Shown here one piece after another: positions 26,304 through 39,162 of a DNA stretch of 64,000 nt. Made by a program: the position numbers and the translations under genes. The notes beneath the pieces were generated by a model. It did not search any database. It was given only the letters and a program-made list of their open reading frames with translations, and was not told the origin of the DNA. Source of the DNA: the human T2T-CHM13v2.0 reference genome, Homo sapiens. The stretch lies in assembly GCF_009914755.1 (NCBI RefSeq), contig NC_060929.1. One strand, 5' to 3'. Numbering within the stretch: position 1 is the first letter of the stretch; each line of letters begins with the position of its first letter.

Positions 26304-26835
26304 CATGCCCCTGTGATTAAGGTCAATGGGAAACTACAATAATCCAACACAGGCAGGACTACAAATGACACAGGCCCTTCAGGAATGAAGGTTTGGGTCA
26401 CTCTACCAGGAAAAAAATCACGACCTGCTGCAGTGCTTGCTGAAGGCAAAGGGAATACAGAATGGGTAGCAGAAGAAGGTAGTCATCAATACCAGCTATG
26501 ACCACGTGACCAGCTGCAGAAATAAGGACTGTAATTGTTATGAGTATTTCCTCCTCCTTTTGTTAAAAACATGTTTGTGCATGTATACACTTATACTAAG
26601 AAAATATCTTCATTTTATTTTCTTTCATCTTTATCATCTGACATAATATTTATTGATTTTACATCAGCATTTAAGTGTTGTTAACTTTATGTAATAGCAT
26701 TTGGGTTGGAGATTGGTGCATTTCCAGTTGTACGAAGACAGTTGTATTACGTTAGGCATAATTATGACCTCATTATTTTCTTTATTTGAAGATTATGTAT
26801 GATGTATATGGGTTCAAGTTGACAAGGGGTGGACA
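26304..26835 (+). mobile_element. HERV-L internal 3' region
   Basis: Continues CATGCCCCTGTGATTAAGG (PVIKVNGKLQ); ends at the PPT. Confidence 0.85.
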
Positions 26836-27334
26836 TGTGATGGTTAACACTGAGTGTCAATTTGATTGGATTGAAGGACACAAAGTGTTGATCATGGGTG
26901 TACCTGTGAGGGTGTTGCCAAAGGAGATTAACATTTGAGTCAGTGGGCTGGGAAAGCCAGTCTCACCCTTAATCTGGGTGGGCACAATCTAATCAGCTGC
27001 CAGTGCAGCTAGAATATAAGCAGGCAGAAAAATGTGAAAAGAGAGACTGGCGTAGCCTCCCAGCCTGCATCTTTCTCCCATGCTGGATGTTTGTTGCCCT
27101 CGAATATTGGACTCCAAGTTCTTCAGTTTTGGAACTTAGACTGGCTTTCCTTGTGCCTCAGCCTGCAGATGGCCTATTGTGGGACCTTGTGATCATGTAA
27201 GCTAATACTTAATAAACTCCTATATGTATATATATATACTCCCATATATATATTCTCATATAAACTCCCATATACATAAATATATATATATATATTCATT
27301 AGTTCTGTCCCCCTAGAGAACCCTGACCAATACA
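26836..27334 (+). mobile_element. HERV-L 3' LTR (MLT2A1-like)
   Basis: TGTGATGGTTAACACTGAG ... GAGAACCCTGACCAATACA. Confidence 0.9.
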
Positions 27335-27440
27335 TCTGTTTTTCATTCTGAATGCCCCAAGTTTGTCTACTTACCCTCTCCTTTCCCTCACTGCCTCAGA
27401 GCATCTCAGCCAACAGACAAAACTTCCTCACCTTTGCCTC

Positions 27441-27588
27441 TTTAATGGGTACAGAGTTTCAGTTTGGGAATACAGAAAAGTTCTGGAGATAGATTGTGGT
27501 GATGATTGCACAACAGTATAAATGTACACTTAAAAGAGTTAAAATGATAAATTGTATGTTACACGTTTATAACCACAATTAAAAAAAA
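27441..27588 (+). mobile_element. L1MB-like 3' end
   Basis: TTTAATGGGTACAGAGTTTCAGTTTGGG..GTTCTGGAGAT..TTGCACAAC..ACCACAATTAAAAAAAA. Confidence 0.7.
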
Positions 27589-28180
27589 CTGTAAATTATC
27601 AAATTACCAGAATTCCTTGCAGGTAGCAGAGTACAGACAACATATCTATAGCTACTGATCCTTATTCTGAAATCTGCTGAAACCAATTTTATCCCGCTTT
27701 ATCTAAATTCTTCCTGCATTGAAAACAGGCATGATGTCTGAAGTATCTGACTACCTAAAGCCCATTAATAAAGGCAAGGGAGAAAAGCCAAGACAATTAT
27801 CAAAACTCAGTCCAGACTTCTTAGAGTTGTAGAATCAATTTCTTCTGGTAACTGTTTTGAAACTTATTATAATAATAAAATTGTATTTTTTAAACAACTG
27901 AAGTTGAATGAATTTCTAAATGACATCTCTTTCTGCATGTACATATGTGTACTTAGGCGTATAACACACTTTAAGAAAAGCTAGTTTTACTAATTCTTTT
28001 ACTAAATCTATACAGGGGCTATAAATAATATTTGCTGCCTTAATAGAATTGAAAATTAAGAAATAATTGCAGTCTAGTGTTCTTAGAGATAACAATGATG
28101 ATACACTTTTCTTGGCTTTGACCATCAATATATTACCATTAATGTTCCATTATTATATTTAAAAGCATTATTACCTAAAG

Positions 28181-28374
28181 CAGGGCTTCATAAACTTTTC
28201 TACTAAAGGGCCACATAGTAAATAATTTAGGTTGTGCATGTCAAATGGTCCTAGAACAACAAAAGCCATAGACAACACATAAGACTCAATAGGACAGTGT
28301 ACCAAGAAAACTTTATTTTTAAGAATGAATGGCAGTCCGGTTTTGGCCCAAAGCTCATCATTTTCCAGTCTCTG
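28181..28374. mobile_element. MER58-like hAT-Charlie MITE
   Basis: CAGGG..AAACTTTTC..AAAGGGCCACATAGTAAATA..GCCATAGACAA; degenerate 8-bp TSD. Confidence 0.65.
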
Positions 28375-29574
28375 ACCTTGAACAAAACAGCAATATCTTT
28401 GTTTCTGACTTATCCTGATAGTGTCTTCCACCTCATTAACAGCCCAAGCACATTCTGTATCACTCTTATCACTCTTACCTCTTCCCTGTATCCTACATTG
28501 ATTTCTCCCCTTTAATCTGCCAGTCAGAAATCTTAAATGCAGAAGTCCACTACCACTGAACTATGAGATCTTGGATTCTCTTTAATTTGTAGAAGTTCAA
28601 TTTGTGTTGCTGGACATGCTAAGTTTTCTGCAAACGTGCTTGATTGCTAAACATTTGATCTTTTAAATTATAATGTAGATTACATGTATGAGGATAAACT
28701 TTGCCATATCTGTTTAAACTCTGGTCAGGTTGATTGTTTAAGTGCCATAAATATCACTTAGGATTCTAGACAATTCATTTTAAAATAGTAAGTCAATATT
28801 AAGCATTTACTGTTTATGTGAATCTATTCAAAAAGACAAAAGTCTTAAGACAAAGGTCCAATGTAAGTATTAATAGTTTCCCTTTGCAAAACTGTATTTT
28901 GCTCCTGTTATTTTCATGAGAATTGGCTCTTCTGAAAGGTGTGCTTAGTCAAGGAGTAAATAACTCCCTCCAGAAACCACATAAACCTTATCTACACTGC
29001 TTACATCCTTCAGTGCGCTGGGAACCAATATATTTAAGTTCTGACCCTCAGGTCCTTGTGTACTTTGTACTATCTCTGGAATTTTCCCTTCTCATCTCAT
29101 TTCCTCAACTCCATGTTGAAGACCTCTGATCTCTGGCTGGCATTACTGTATAAAATCTTGCCCAGTACTTTTTCAAAAAGGATTTTAAAAGCACTGAAAA
29201 GAAAATAGTAAATAAAAAGTAATTTTAATTATTAAAAATGTCGTGTTCAAAAGATAAGTTTTTAAAATATTAGTTGAAAGTATAGTTTCTTTAAAATGCA
29301 AGCATGGTCAGCAAGGGAATTCAGGTTATGTCTCCTAAACAGGTGAAGATCACAAACACAAGAAGTCCAATATATTCTAATATAGTGATTATAACAAATA
29401 AACTGCAGATCCAAGTTAGGTTGGATCCAGATGTTCTGCTGAAATATAGCAGAAGAGCTACAAGGCAGAAGGGTAATGCATGTTAAGCATACAAACATTC
29501 ACACCTGTTGGAAAATAGATCTGTGTATGCACTATAATCTTTTTTAACATTTCTTTTTTAAAATCTTAAAAGGA

Positions 29575-29863
<289 letters not shown>

Positions 29864-31029
29864 TTAAAGGAAATATAAAATAAGTAAAATGTAATAAGTG
29901 AATCTGCTTCTTATTCAGGGCAAAACAAAATAATCAATTTCAGCAAAGATGGAAGCAATGAATACACATTCTAGAGCAGATTGCCATGGAAGTGATGGCC
30001 AGAAAACCACTGGTATTAAACAACCAAAATATTTTACAGTTAAATTATTCATTGACTCTTAAGCTAGAACCTTAATTACACTTGACATTAAATGACAGTG
30101 ATTACAGGTATATTAGGTTAAGTGACCTTAGTCTAGGTTTCGCTATATAAAACTTTTACTCTAAAGAATATTTTTATTTATTAGCTCTCAGGCTGGTTAC
30201 TAGTACCTCATTGTTCCCATCTATAAAAAGAAGATAATGTTTACAATTGGTTTGAAAAGTTAATGATATTTTGTTTATAAATTGTGGAGCATAGAGCCTG
30301 TAATATTATATCTCAATGAATATTTTTATTATTTTAAGGAGAGCCTAGCCTGCTTGAAGGCATCAGATAAGTATACACATCATTTTTCTATGAGTCAAAA
30401 ACTTGAAAGATCCAATTAAAATGATATCCACGAAGGGTTATGAGACTTCAAATGAAACAGGAGCTAAAGACAAACATAATCATACCTGGGAATTTTATTT
30501 CATGATAGAAAAACATCTTTAATTGTCACCCAGTGGTACAACTCTAGATGTAGGACATTTTCCCTGGGGTTGGGGTACTTTTTAAAAGTAGATCTAAATA
30601 TCATAATTGTTCCCAATAGACCCAACTATATCAGCATTTCCCAAAAACTACACTAGGTTGGATGTGGCATTCTTTGAAAGATGCAGTGTTTCTTTGAATA
30701 GTACTAAGATGATATTTCTCATATTTATCTTGCCTTCCTGAAAACTATTTCTCTTGTTGTTGTTCTGAAGAAGAGGTGGGGGTCAGGGGGCTGTTTATAA
30801 ACTTATTACAAAAGACTTCCAACCTCAGAGAAACAGTTTGAAGAAAGGCAAAGGAGGCAGAACAAATCATCCTGGAGAAATAAGAAGGCAGAAAACACTT
30901 GACAAAGGCAAGTCAAGCCTAACTACATTTTAATAGAGACTGTAAAAGTTCCATTATCTGGCCAAATCTCTTGGAATCCCCTTTGTCCTTTCTGTAAGTC
31001 CATCTTGCAGCTTCTGTGTACCTTGCTTC

Positions 31030-31432
31030 TCACAACCTGCACCTGTGACTCTCTTCAGAGACCTTCCTTTGAGCTCCTGGACCACTTTTCCTCTCATGCA
31101 CAGAGAGCTAGAGATGCCCAGGTGTGAGTTTACATTATATCCCCAGGGCGGCCTTAGCGAATGGCCAACTAGTGCTGCAGATAGAAAGCCGAAGGACCTT
31201 GTCTCAAATCAAGACAGACTGTAAGGCATAAGTTTCATTTTTAAGTTTCCCCAGGAATCAGACTGAAGCTGGGATTTTATGTGAAATTATACCTCTGTTT
31301 GGCTTCCTCTGCTTCCCTTTCTTGATTCCTCTATCACTTTAAAGATTTCTCTTGGATCATTTCCTTAGGAAATCATTAACAAATCCTCCTAACAAAAGCT
31401 GTCTCAGTGTCAGCTTTTGGAGAATCTGACTC
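31030..31432 (+). mobile_element. LTR16-like ERVL LTR fragment
   Basis: GAATCAGACTGAAGCTGGG..TTTGGCTTCCTC..CTCAGTGTCAGCTTTTGGAGAATCTGAC. Confidence 0.5.
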
Positions 31433-33281
31433 CAAAGAAGGAGACTGTGAAAATTTTGGTTGATTTTTAGTAACTTTATACATTTCCTCATATGTGTTAT
31501 TTTTGTTGCACCCATCTTCCTTGTCCTGATCTGTTTCTCAATGGTGAATGTAAATTTTAAAAAAAAGAATGAAAATCAGGCAGACAGAAATTGGATATGT
31601 TAGAAAATATTATACCATACTTTGTACTCAACTGGACCTGAGAATGGGGAAAGGAAGAGTGGGAGAACCAAATCTCAGAGAAGACAGTGTAGACAGTTAA
31701 TCAGAAAAAAAGAAAAGTCATCTAGCTAAATGGATAGGGCCTGCAAAGCAAAGACAGTTCTTGTGGTCTTGGCCCAGCATTGCTAAGAATGTGGCCAAAG
31801 ATTTCATTGGTTGAAGTTCTATCATAATCCTGTTGAAAAATGAATCGAGCAGAAGAGGCCTGCAATGTGCCAGAAATCAGGCATCTAATAATTTGGCAGT
31901 CGCTCATAAAGATGATTATGTAGAGCTAGAAAGGACCTAAGCTACACTTACATCTATTTTACTGAAATGCCCCAACAAGCCTAAATTGAATGAAATTGTT
32001 CTTTCCAATTTCCACCTTATCATGTTATCTCATATTTAAAATAACTTATTTTCTCTTTAGTTCAACATTCATCTTATTTATGTAACTCAATTTCAGTAGC
32101 ATATTTGGAGGCCAGTGAGTGTTGGAGTTGCTGAGTGTGGGGCAGAGTGCAAAGGGAAGGATATGATAAACAATATGATTTTTATCAGAACCTGAATCTC
32201 CTTACAAATCTCTGATGAAAATTATTGTAAAAATGTTATTCATTATTTGCTACAGACCTACAAAAAGTAGCTTGAGACAAATAAAGATTAAAAACTACCC
32301 ACAAGAGAACAAGGTCAACTCATTGACCTGGCATTCTCAGAAGAAATTCAAATTTTGAACGTTGTAGTGAATGCATTTATGCTGATACAGTTCCAGTTCT
32401 AGAGAATATACTTATGTAGGTACAGGTCCATCTGAACAGGTAATACATAAAAGGCTAGAATCTGTCAATGTCTCTAATATTATTCTAGCTTGTTATGACT
32501 GTTCTATAAATGTCTGGCAATGAACAAATTGCCATGGGCCAGTTGCAGATGACTCAGTATAGTCTGTATTATGTATCCCTTATGCTAAAAAATTCACAAT
32601 CAGGTTCTTGAATGTATTTCAATTGGTTGCAATACTTAGTTGGTAATATTCATGTCACATACACATAAAATTATATTTTCTAAGAAATATAGATATTCAA
32701 AATGTATTTACATCTTAGTTACTTTGAATGAGACTTAGAGATTTTCACACATGATTATAATCAAGTATTTTAAGTAAAAGTAAACTAGTTTTATGTAGGT
32801 TATGAAATATAGGAGGAATATCTCTAGCACATGAGGAATCACTTTCCCATATTAGAAAGACTACTTCCTTTCAAGGAAGAGTTTATCAATAATTAATAAT
32901 TTCCTCCTCAGTTAAAAAATGTTTTACACATTCAAAAAGTAAAAAAGAATACAAAATCAATGAGAAAATATTCAAATATATAAACTTATATAAAGTGAAA
33001 ATAAAAGACTCAATCACCTCTAGAAAAAAACCCTGATTGACATCTGGATATGTGTACTTCAGTATAATTTTCCGAGTCCATTTGTGCATTATTTTAAATT
33101 GTCTATATTTTTGTGTAAGTTGCTCTTTTAAAAAACATTAATAATGTATTGTGGTCATTAATCCACAATCATTATGCATACAGATTGACTGTCCCTTTTA
33201 ACAATTGCATAACAATCTATCAAAGAACATCTTTTATTTATGGCCTTCTAAATTATTTCCACCATTGTTTTTACATATTCA

Positions 33282-33310
<29 letters not shown>
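33282..33310. repeat. (TG)n microsatellite next to TA-rich low-complexity sequence
   Basis: Directly visible. Confidence 0.9.
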
Positions 33311-33312
<2 letters not shown>

Positions 33313-34779
33313 CACATTATACATATATAAAATGTATATGAAATGAGTATATTCACAAGGGTAATGCTTTATATAGATATAAAAGTATATTGAAATATCT
33401 AATATATATGTATCTATATATGTATACATACTATATAAAACATATATATAATCTGTTTTATTCATTACAACATGCCTATACACATGTATGTCTTGCCTCT
33501 ATTAAAAATGTCTTTGAAGCATATTATAAAAAGCCTAATTGCATGTCATCAATGAAGATATATTTAATTCCAAAACTATATATATACATATATATATATG
33601 ATTATTTTTACCTATGGAAAGAAAAATACTGCTTTTCCCAGATATACATTATTACAGTTAAATAAAGCAAAGGAGCAAATGATTTCTAAAGAACATTGTT
33701 CAAGAAGAGTAACAACAGATTCTCTGCAAGATAATAATCTTCCAAATATGTTTATTTCACTAAGTACCATGATTCACACATCTCTTGGGTAGTGCACTTA
33801 CTTATAATGAAGAATAAATCAGGTTAAAATTACTGTAAATCAAGTTTCTGCAGATGAATTTCTCTAGCTGCAGAAATGCTAATATGACCACCTGCTTCAT
33901 TTTATCAAGCTGGTTTTCATTAATCTACAGATGTTATTTTTCCACTGCATACTATTTGAGAAATGATTGTGATTGGGTGGCTGTCACTTTGACAGTGGAG
34001 AAGCCACACCACCTGTTTGCTGGGAAAATACACAAAGTAATGTTTCCTTTTAAAGGAACTGCTGTAGAATGAATTTTAAAACATCAATGTGAGAGTAATA
34101 AATCATACTTTATGCTAAATTAAAATATATATGAGGAGACTATGAAAGCCATACGTTTAAAAATTTCACAGAAATGGAAAAAAAAGACTAATGTTAAAAA
34201 TGAGCTAAAAGTAATAGGAAGTCAAATATTGGGGATAAATATTTTTAATATTATCATTTTGAGTTGCTTTCAGAAAGATTCAGTGTAAGAAAACATCCAT
34301 CTAAATTTATCCCTAATTCAGTCATTTTCCCAAAAGTAAATTAAAAAGTATCAAGAAAATCATACGTAAAAAGATTCAATTCACTTCATACTTTTTTTCA
34401 TACTTAGTAGAAGATTAATATTAGAAATTTAGAGATTTTATACATAATGTCACAACCATAAATCAGAATTAAGAAATCTGCCAATGTTGCTTAATCTTTG
34501 CATATTTTAAACAAATACTTACTAAATAAGAATGATCATTTGCCCTGTGCATAACCAATAGTTTATGACTAAATATAGGAATTGCCAATATTCAGAAGTC
34601 CTTATGCAGCCAGCTTAATGGACCTCATTTTGTGCCTCATTATATGAAACACATGTATTTCCTTTTAGCACCTGTCTAAAAATATGTAAGAGATTTCCTT
34701 TTTAGTTTATATTTGTTTTAAAAATATCTCTACATGTATGTACAATGTTAACACATATAAATATTTACCCTTTTGAGAA

Positions 34780-36050
34780 ACATTCAATTTACACTCCATC
34801 TGATATACACTCATGCATATGGTGTGAGGTAGGGGTTAGATTCATTTTGTTTTAATGTGAATATCCAGTTAATCAAAATATTATTAAAGTGAATATCTAT
34901 TTCCTCTGTACCACAGTGTCATCTCTGTCATAAATTATATGACTAAATTTTCAGGCCTAATTCTGAATTTTCTATTCTGTTTTCTTTTTGTTTGCCTAAC
35001 CTTTTACCAATAACACACTGTCTTAATATTGCATATATATTTTTGTAAAATATAGTAGTGTAAATTCTTCATTCTTCTTCAAGATGTTCTTAGCTATTCT
35101 AGACCCTTTGCATCTTCATAAAAATTTTAGCATTACTTGATGAATTTTCACAAAGAAATGCTTGCTGTAAATTTGACTAGAATGGCATTAAACTATACAC
35201 CACTTTGGGAAGAATTGAGTTCTTTATAATATTGAGTCTACCAATCCACAGCCAAGATATGTTCCTCCAATTCATTTTCCTTAATTTATCTCAATACAGT
35301 TTGCTTTCTGTTAAAAGCCCTGTACATTTGTATTTTTTGGAATTGTTTCTAGGTGATATATATTTTAAATACTATTGTAAATTATATGTTCTTTAAATTT
35401 TATTAAAAATCTTTGCTTATATATAAAGTACAATGTTTTTTAAAAATACATTTGAACTTACATGAACTTACTAATTTTACCTATAAATTATAATATTTTC
35501 TCTGTAAGCTGTTTTGATTTTTCTGTGCACACAATAATACCATCTGAAAATAATCATTTGTTTCTTCCTTGTATTTCTTTTTCTTGCTAGTGCCTACTGT
35601 ACAATATTAAACAGAAGCATCAGTTGCAAATATTTCTACCTCCTCCAAAATTTAATGGGATAGCTTTTTACTACTGAGTATATTTGCTGTGATATTTTTG
35701 TAGATACTCTTTATTAAATTAAGGAAGTTCCTAATTATATCTAAGTTGCTAAGAATTTTTTTATCAATGAGTATTGAATTATATTAAAAGCTTTTTCTGC
35801 ATTCATTGGGATAAATGTATGGTTTTTCTCCTTCAGTCTGTTAATTTGGTGAATTACACTAATTTACATTTAAATGCTAAATGAAACATGCATTTCTGAA
35901 ATAAACCACCTCAGCTATGATTTATTATATTTTAGGTATTTCACATTCATTTAGGATTTGATTTTGTTAAAATTGTCTGCATACATATTAATGAGAAGCA
36001 TTGGTCTATAAATGATCTCTTTGTAATAAACTTTTCCAGTTCTCACGTCT
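34780..36050 (-). mobile_element. Old L1M ORF2-region fragment
   Basis: T-rich antisense L1 motifs, e.g. TATGGTGTGAGGTAGGG, TTGGGAAGAATTGA, TTAAGGAAGTTCC. Confidence 0.7.
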
Positions 36051-36327
36051 TCTCAAAAATTGAATATTACAAATGAATTTCAAATCCTCACTGCCATGAC
36101 TACCATGCATTAATTCGTTCATTCATTCCTTTATTCTAAAACTCTGTTGAGAGCCTGTCTTATGTCAGGCACTGAAATAAAATTTTCCCATTTAATAATA
36201 CATTTATGCCTCCCAATAATGTCATACGTATTATTAGTATCTTCAGCTTTTAAAAAAGGAATGAAGTTGAGTAAAACTGTTCCAATACTGCATAGCTCAT
36301 AGATGGTAGAACCAACTTTTGAAATAA

Positions 36328-36732
36328 CGTTACTGTTTGAAGGTGTTCAGGTTCTTGCCATCTTGAACAAAGAATTGGACAAAACACACAAACAAAGCAA
36401 GAAAATAATGAAGCAAGAAAAGCAGAAATTTTTTGAAAATGAAAGTACACTCCACAGGGGGAGAGCGGGCCTAGCATAGGGGTTCAAGAGTCCCATTACA
36501 GAATTTTCTGGGGTTTAAATAACCTCTAGAGGTTTCCAATGGTTACTTGGTGTATACCCTATATAAATGAAGGGGATGAAGTAAAACCACAGTCATTTAC
36601 TAGATATATGCCCTATGTAGATGGAGAGGACGTTTCTTGTCATAGCTGAAGAGTTTCCATTTGATTTAGTTCTAGGAAGTCAGCATGAATCAGCCTATAT
36701 TCCCTGCCTCCAGATCCTATTCTTCTGCCTCA
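36328..36732 (-). mobile_element. MER51-like ERV1 solo LTR
   Basis: Reverse complement begins TGAGGCAGAAGAATAGGATCTGGAGGCAGGGAA; 4-bp TSD ATAA at 36324-36327 and 36733-36736. Confidence 0.8.
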
Positions 36733-36859
36733 ATAACACTATAACTAGCTTAATGCCTGGGACACAGTAGATATAATGTAGATAGACACAGTCGGAAGGG
36801 AGAGAATGAAAAAGAAAGGGAGAAGAAAAAATGGAAAATAATGATTAATAACAGATTAG

Positions 36860-37205
<346 letters not shown>

Positions 37206-37737
37206 TTATAAGCAATATTTCACAAGTGACCTAAAATATATGCACATAAAAAATAACTGAGTTTATTCTAATTGTTGCTCTTTTGTTTATTATTTTTAGT
37301 CCTATAAAATTTATGATGTATTAACGGCTGCTTACATTATTAATTTCTTGGTACTTCACACTCACTCAAATTGAAGAAATTACCTATTGACAATAAATAT
37401 TATAGTGTAGAAAGAATTCAACAAATTCATCTTTCAGATAACAACCGGGTGCTTCGCCATTTCATAGCTCTATTGTTTTTATGCCCTTGCCTCATTTCAC
37501 TAAACAGAAAGCATTCTTATAAGTGAGGATTTTGTCTTATTTAATATTATTCAGTATTTGTCTCATTTAAAGTAACATCCTTTAAAATACACATGACCTC
37601 CCAAAAAAGAGATTTAGTGAATTCTAACCGAAATGATATTGGCAGTTATTGTACTGAGCAGTTAGTATTTTCCAAAACTATATTTGTGTGAAATAAGTTT
37701 TTTGAATATGGGTAATTGGGTGAATATTACTGTCATA

Positions 37738-38173
37738 TGATATCAAAAGACAAAATCCGAACATATTTAATTAAATAATTGGCTTTTATTTGTGATTCAT
37801 GAATTGGGAAACATCTCCTCTAAAATAAAGAGGTACTACTCTGGGCGTGGCAGAAAAGCCAGTTCTTACAAGATAGCTTCAGCAGAAAAAAGGAAATAAC
37901 AAAAAGCAGATTGATTAACATCAGGTTAGTTCAGGTAACTTTCTTTAAGTGTTAAAGCAGAGGGGACTTCTTTATCATGCTAGCTAAAACTGGCATGTTT
38001 GGGAATTCAGCAATCATCTTTCTCCAGGTTTCTCAAAAGTTCAGATAAACAATTTGGTTTTCGTTTGGTGATGTGAAACTTTAGCATGAGTGACTCCATT
38101 TGGGTTTAGTCCACTGAGGCCTAGTGCAGGAGCTCAGCCCAAAACAATGGCCTTCCATAAAATGTATTTAGCA
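37738..38173 (-). mobile_element. MER67-like (MER4 group) solo LTR
   Basis: GGCCTAGTGCAGGAGCTCAGCCCAAAACAATGGCC..TATTTAGCA terminus. Confidence 0.6.
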
Positions 38174-38821
38174 ATGATAATTACTTGATGACTTTTTGCT
38201 TTAGTATATATGTAGTTTTAAAATCAACATAATTTCTAACATCTTAAGAAAAAAGCAACAGGGTAAGATTCTTCGCACACATCAAATATCTTTTACAAGA
38301 AAATGCTGAATTTACTAACATATATAGGTGTTGTGAAGATGTTAAATGAGCTTAATGTATAGTTTTTTTTTCTACTGGTTCAATTATTCTGGAAAAATAT
38401 TCAATGCTAGTGTTTATTTTGTCTCCCAGAAATGAGTCAAGAAACTCGTATCTGCAATTTAGTGTATTATCTTACCAATTCCTGTGTAGTTGGTACCAAA
38501 CAAACCAGGATTAGAATTCTTGAGCAATTTTATGAATACTAATTTGTTTTGTTGTTTAATTCCTGGAAGTGTAATTAATGTACAGTTTTCATATAAATAA
38601 TATGTAAGATATAAATATAATTTTTAAATAGCATATTACATGAGATTATATGTGTTGGAGTATATGTACAATATTGGCAATTGCATGTAGATCAAGAGAA
38701 TGATCAGTTTTTACCAAAATAGAAAACAGGATTTTACATTGATCAAAAAAACATAAATTTTCTGTAAAGTTGTGTAATGCTGTAGTAAAGTGACAGTAAA
38801 AACAAAATGTCTTTAAAAATA

Positions 38822-39162
38822 CTGTCAGCCCTCTTTGTCCGTTGGTTTCACATAGTGGATTCAACCAACGTTGGATTGAAAATATTTAGAAAAAAATGGA
38901 TTTTTGTGTCCACACTGAACATACACAGACTTTTTCTTGTCATTATTCCCTACAAAATACCGTATAACAACTACATGCATAGTGTTTACATGCATGTATT
39001 ATTTACATGTATTAGGTATTATAAGTAATCTAGAGATGATTTAAACTATACAGGAATATATGTGAGGTTATATGCAAATACTATGCCACTTAAGTATCCA
39101 ATGATTCTAGTATCCAGAGAAGGTCCTGGAACCAATAGCCCATGGATACTGAAGGACGACTG
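38822..39162. mobile_element. MER2 (Tigger-derived MITE)
   Basis: TA-flanked, terminal inverted ends; ATTAGGTATTATAAGTAATCTAGAGATGATTTAAA core. Confidence 0.85.

Larger units (their letters stand above)
13794..27334 (+). mobile_element. HERV-L provirus (two MLT2A1-type LTRs) carrying nested HERV-E-like and LTR12C insertions
   Basis: Paired direct LTRs, Leu PBS, PPT AAGGGGTGGAC at 26824-26834, and gag/pro/RT/RNaseH/IN/dUTPase remnants in HERV-L order with no env. Confidence 0.93.

Noticed and set aside
25636-26342. Several overlapping 89-135 aa ORFs on both strands, in a CpG-island-like region
   Set aside because: They lie within the GC-rich U3 of LTR12C; stop-poor composition explains them and no protein motifs are recognisable.
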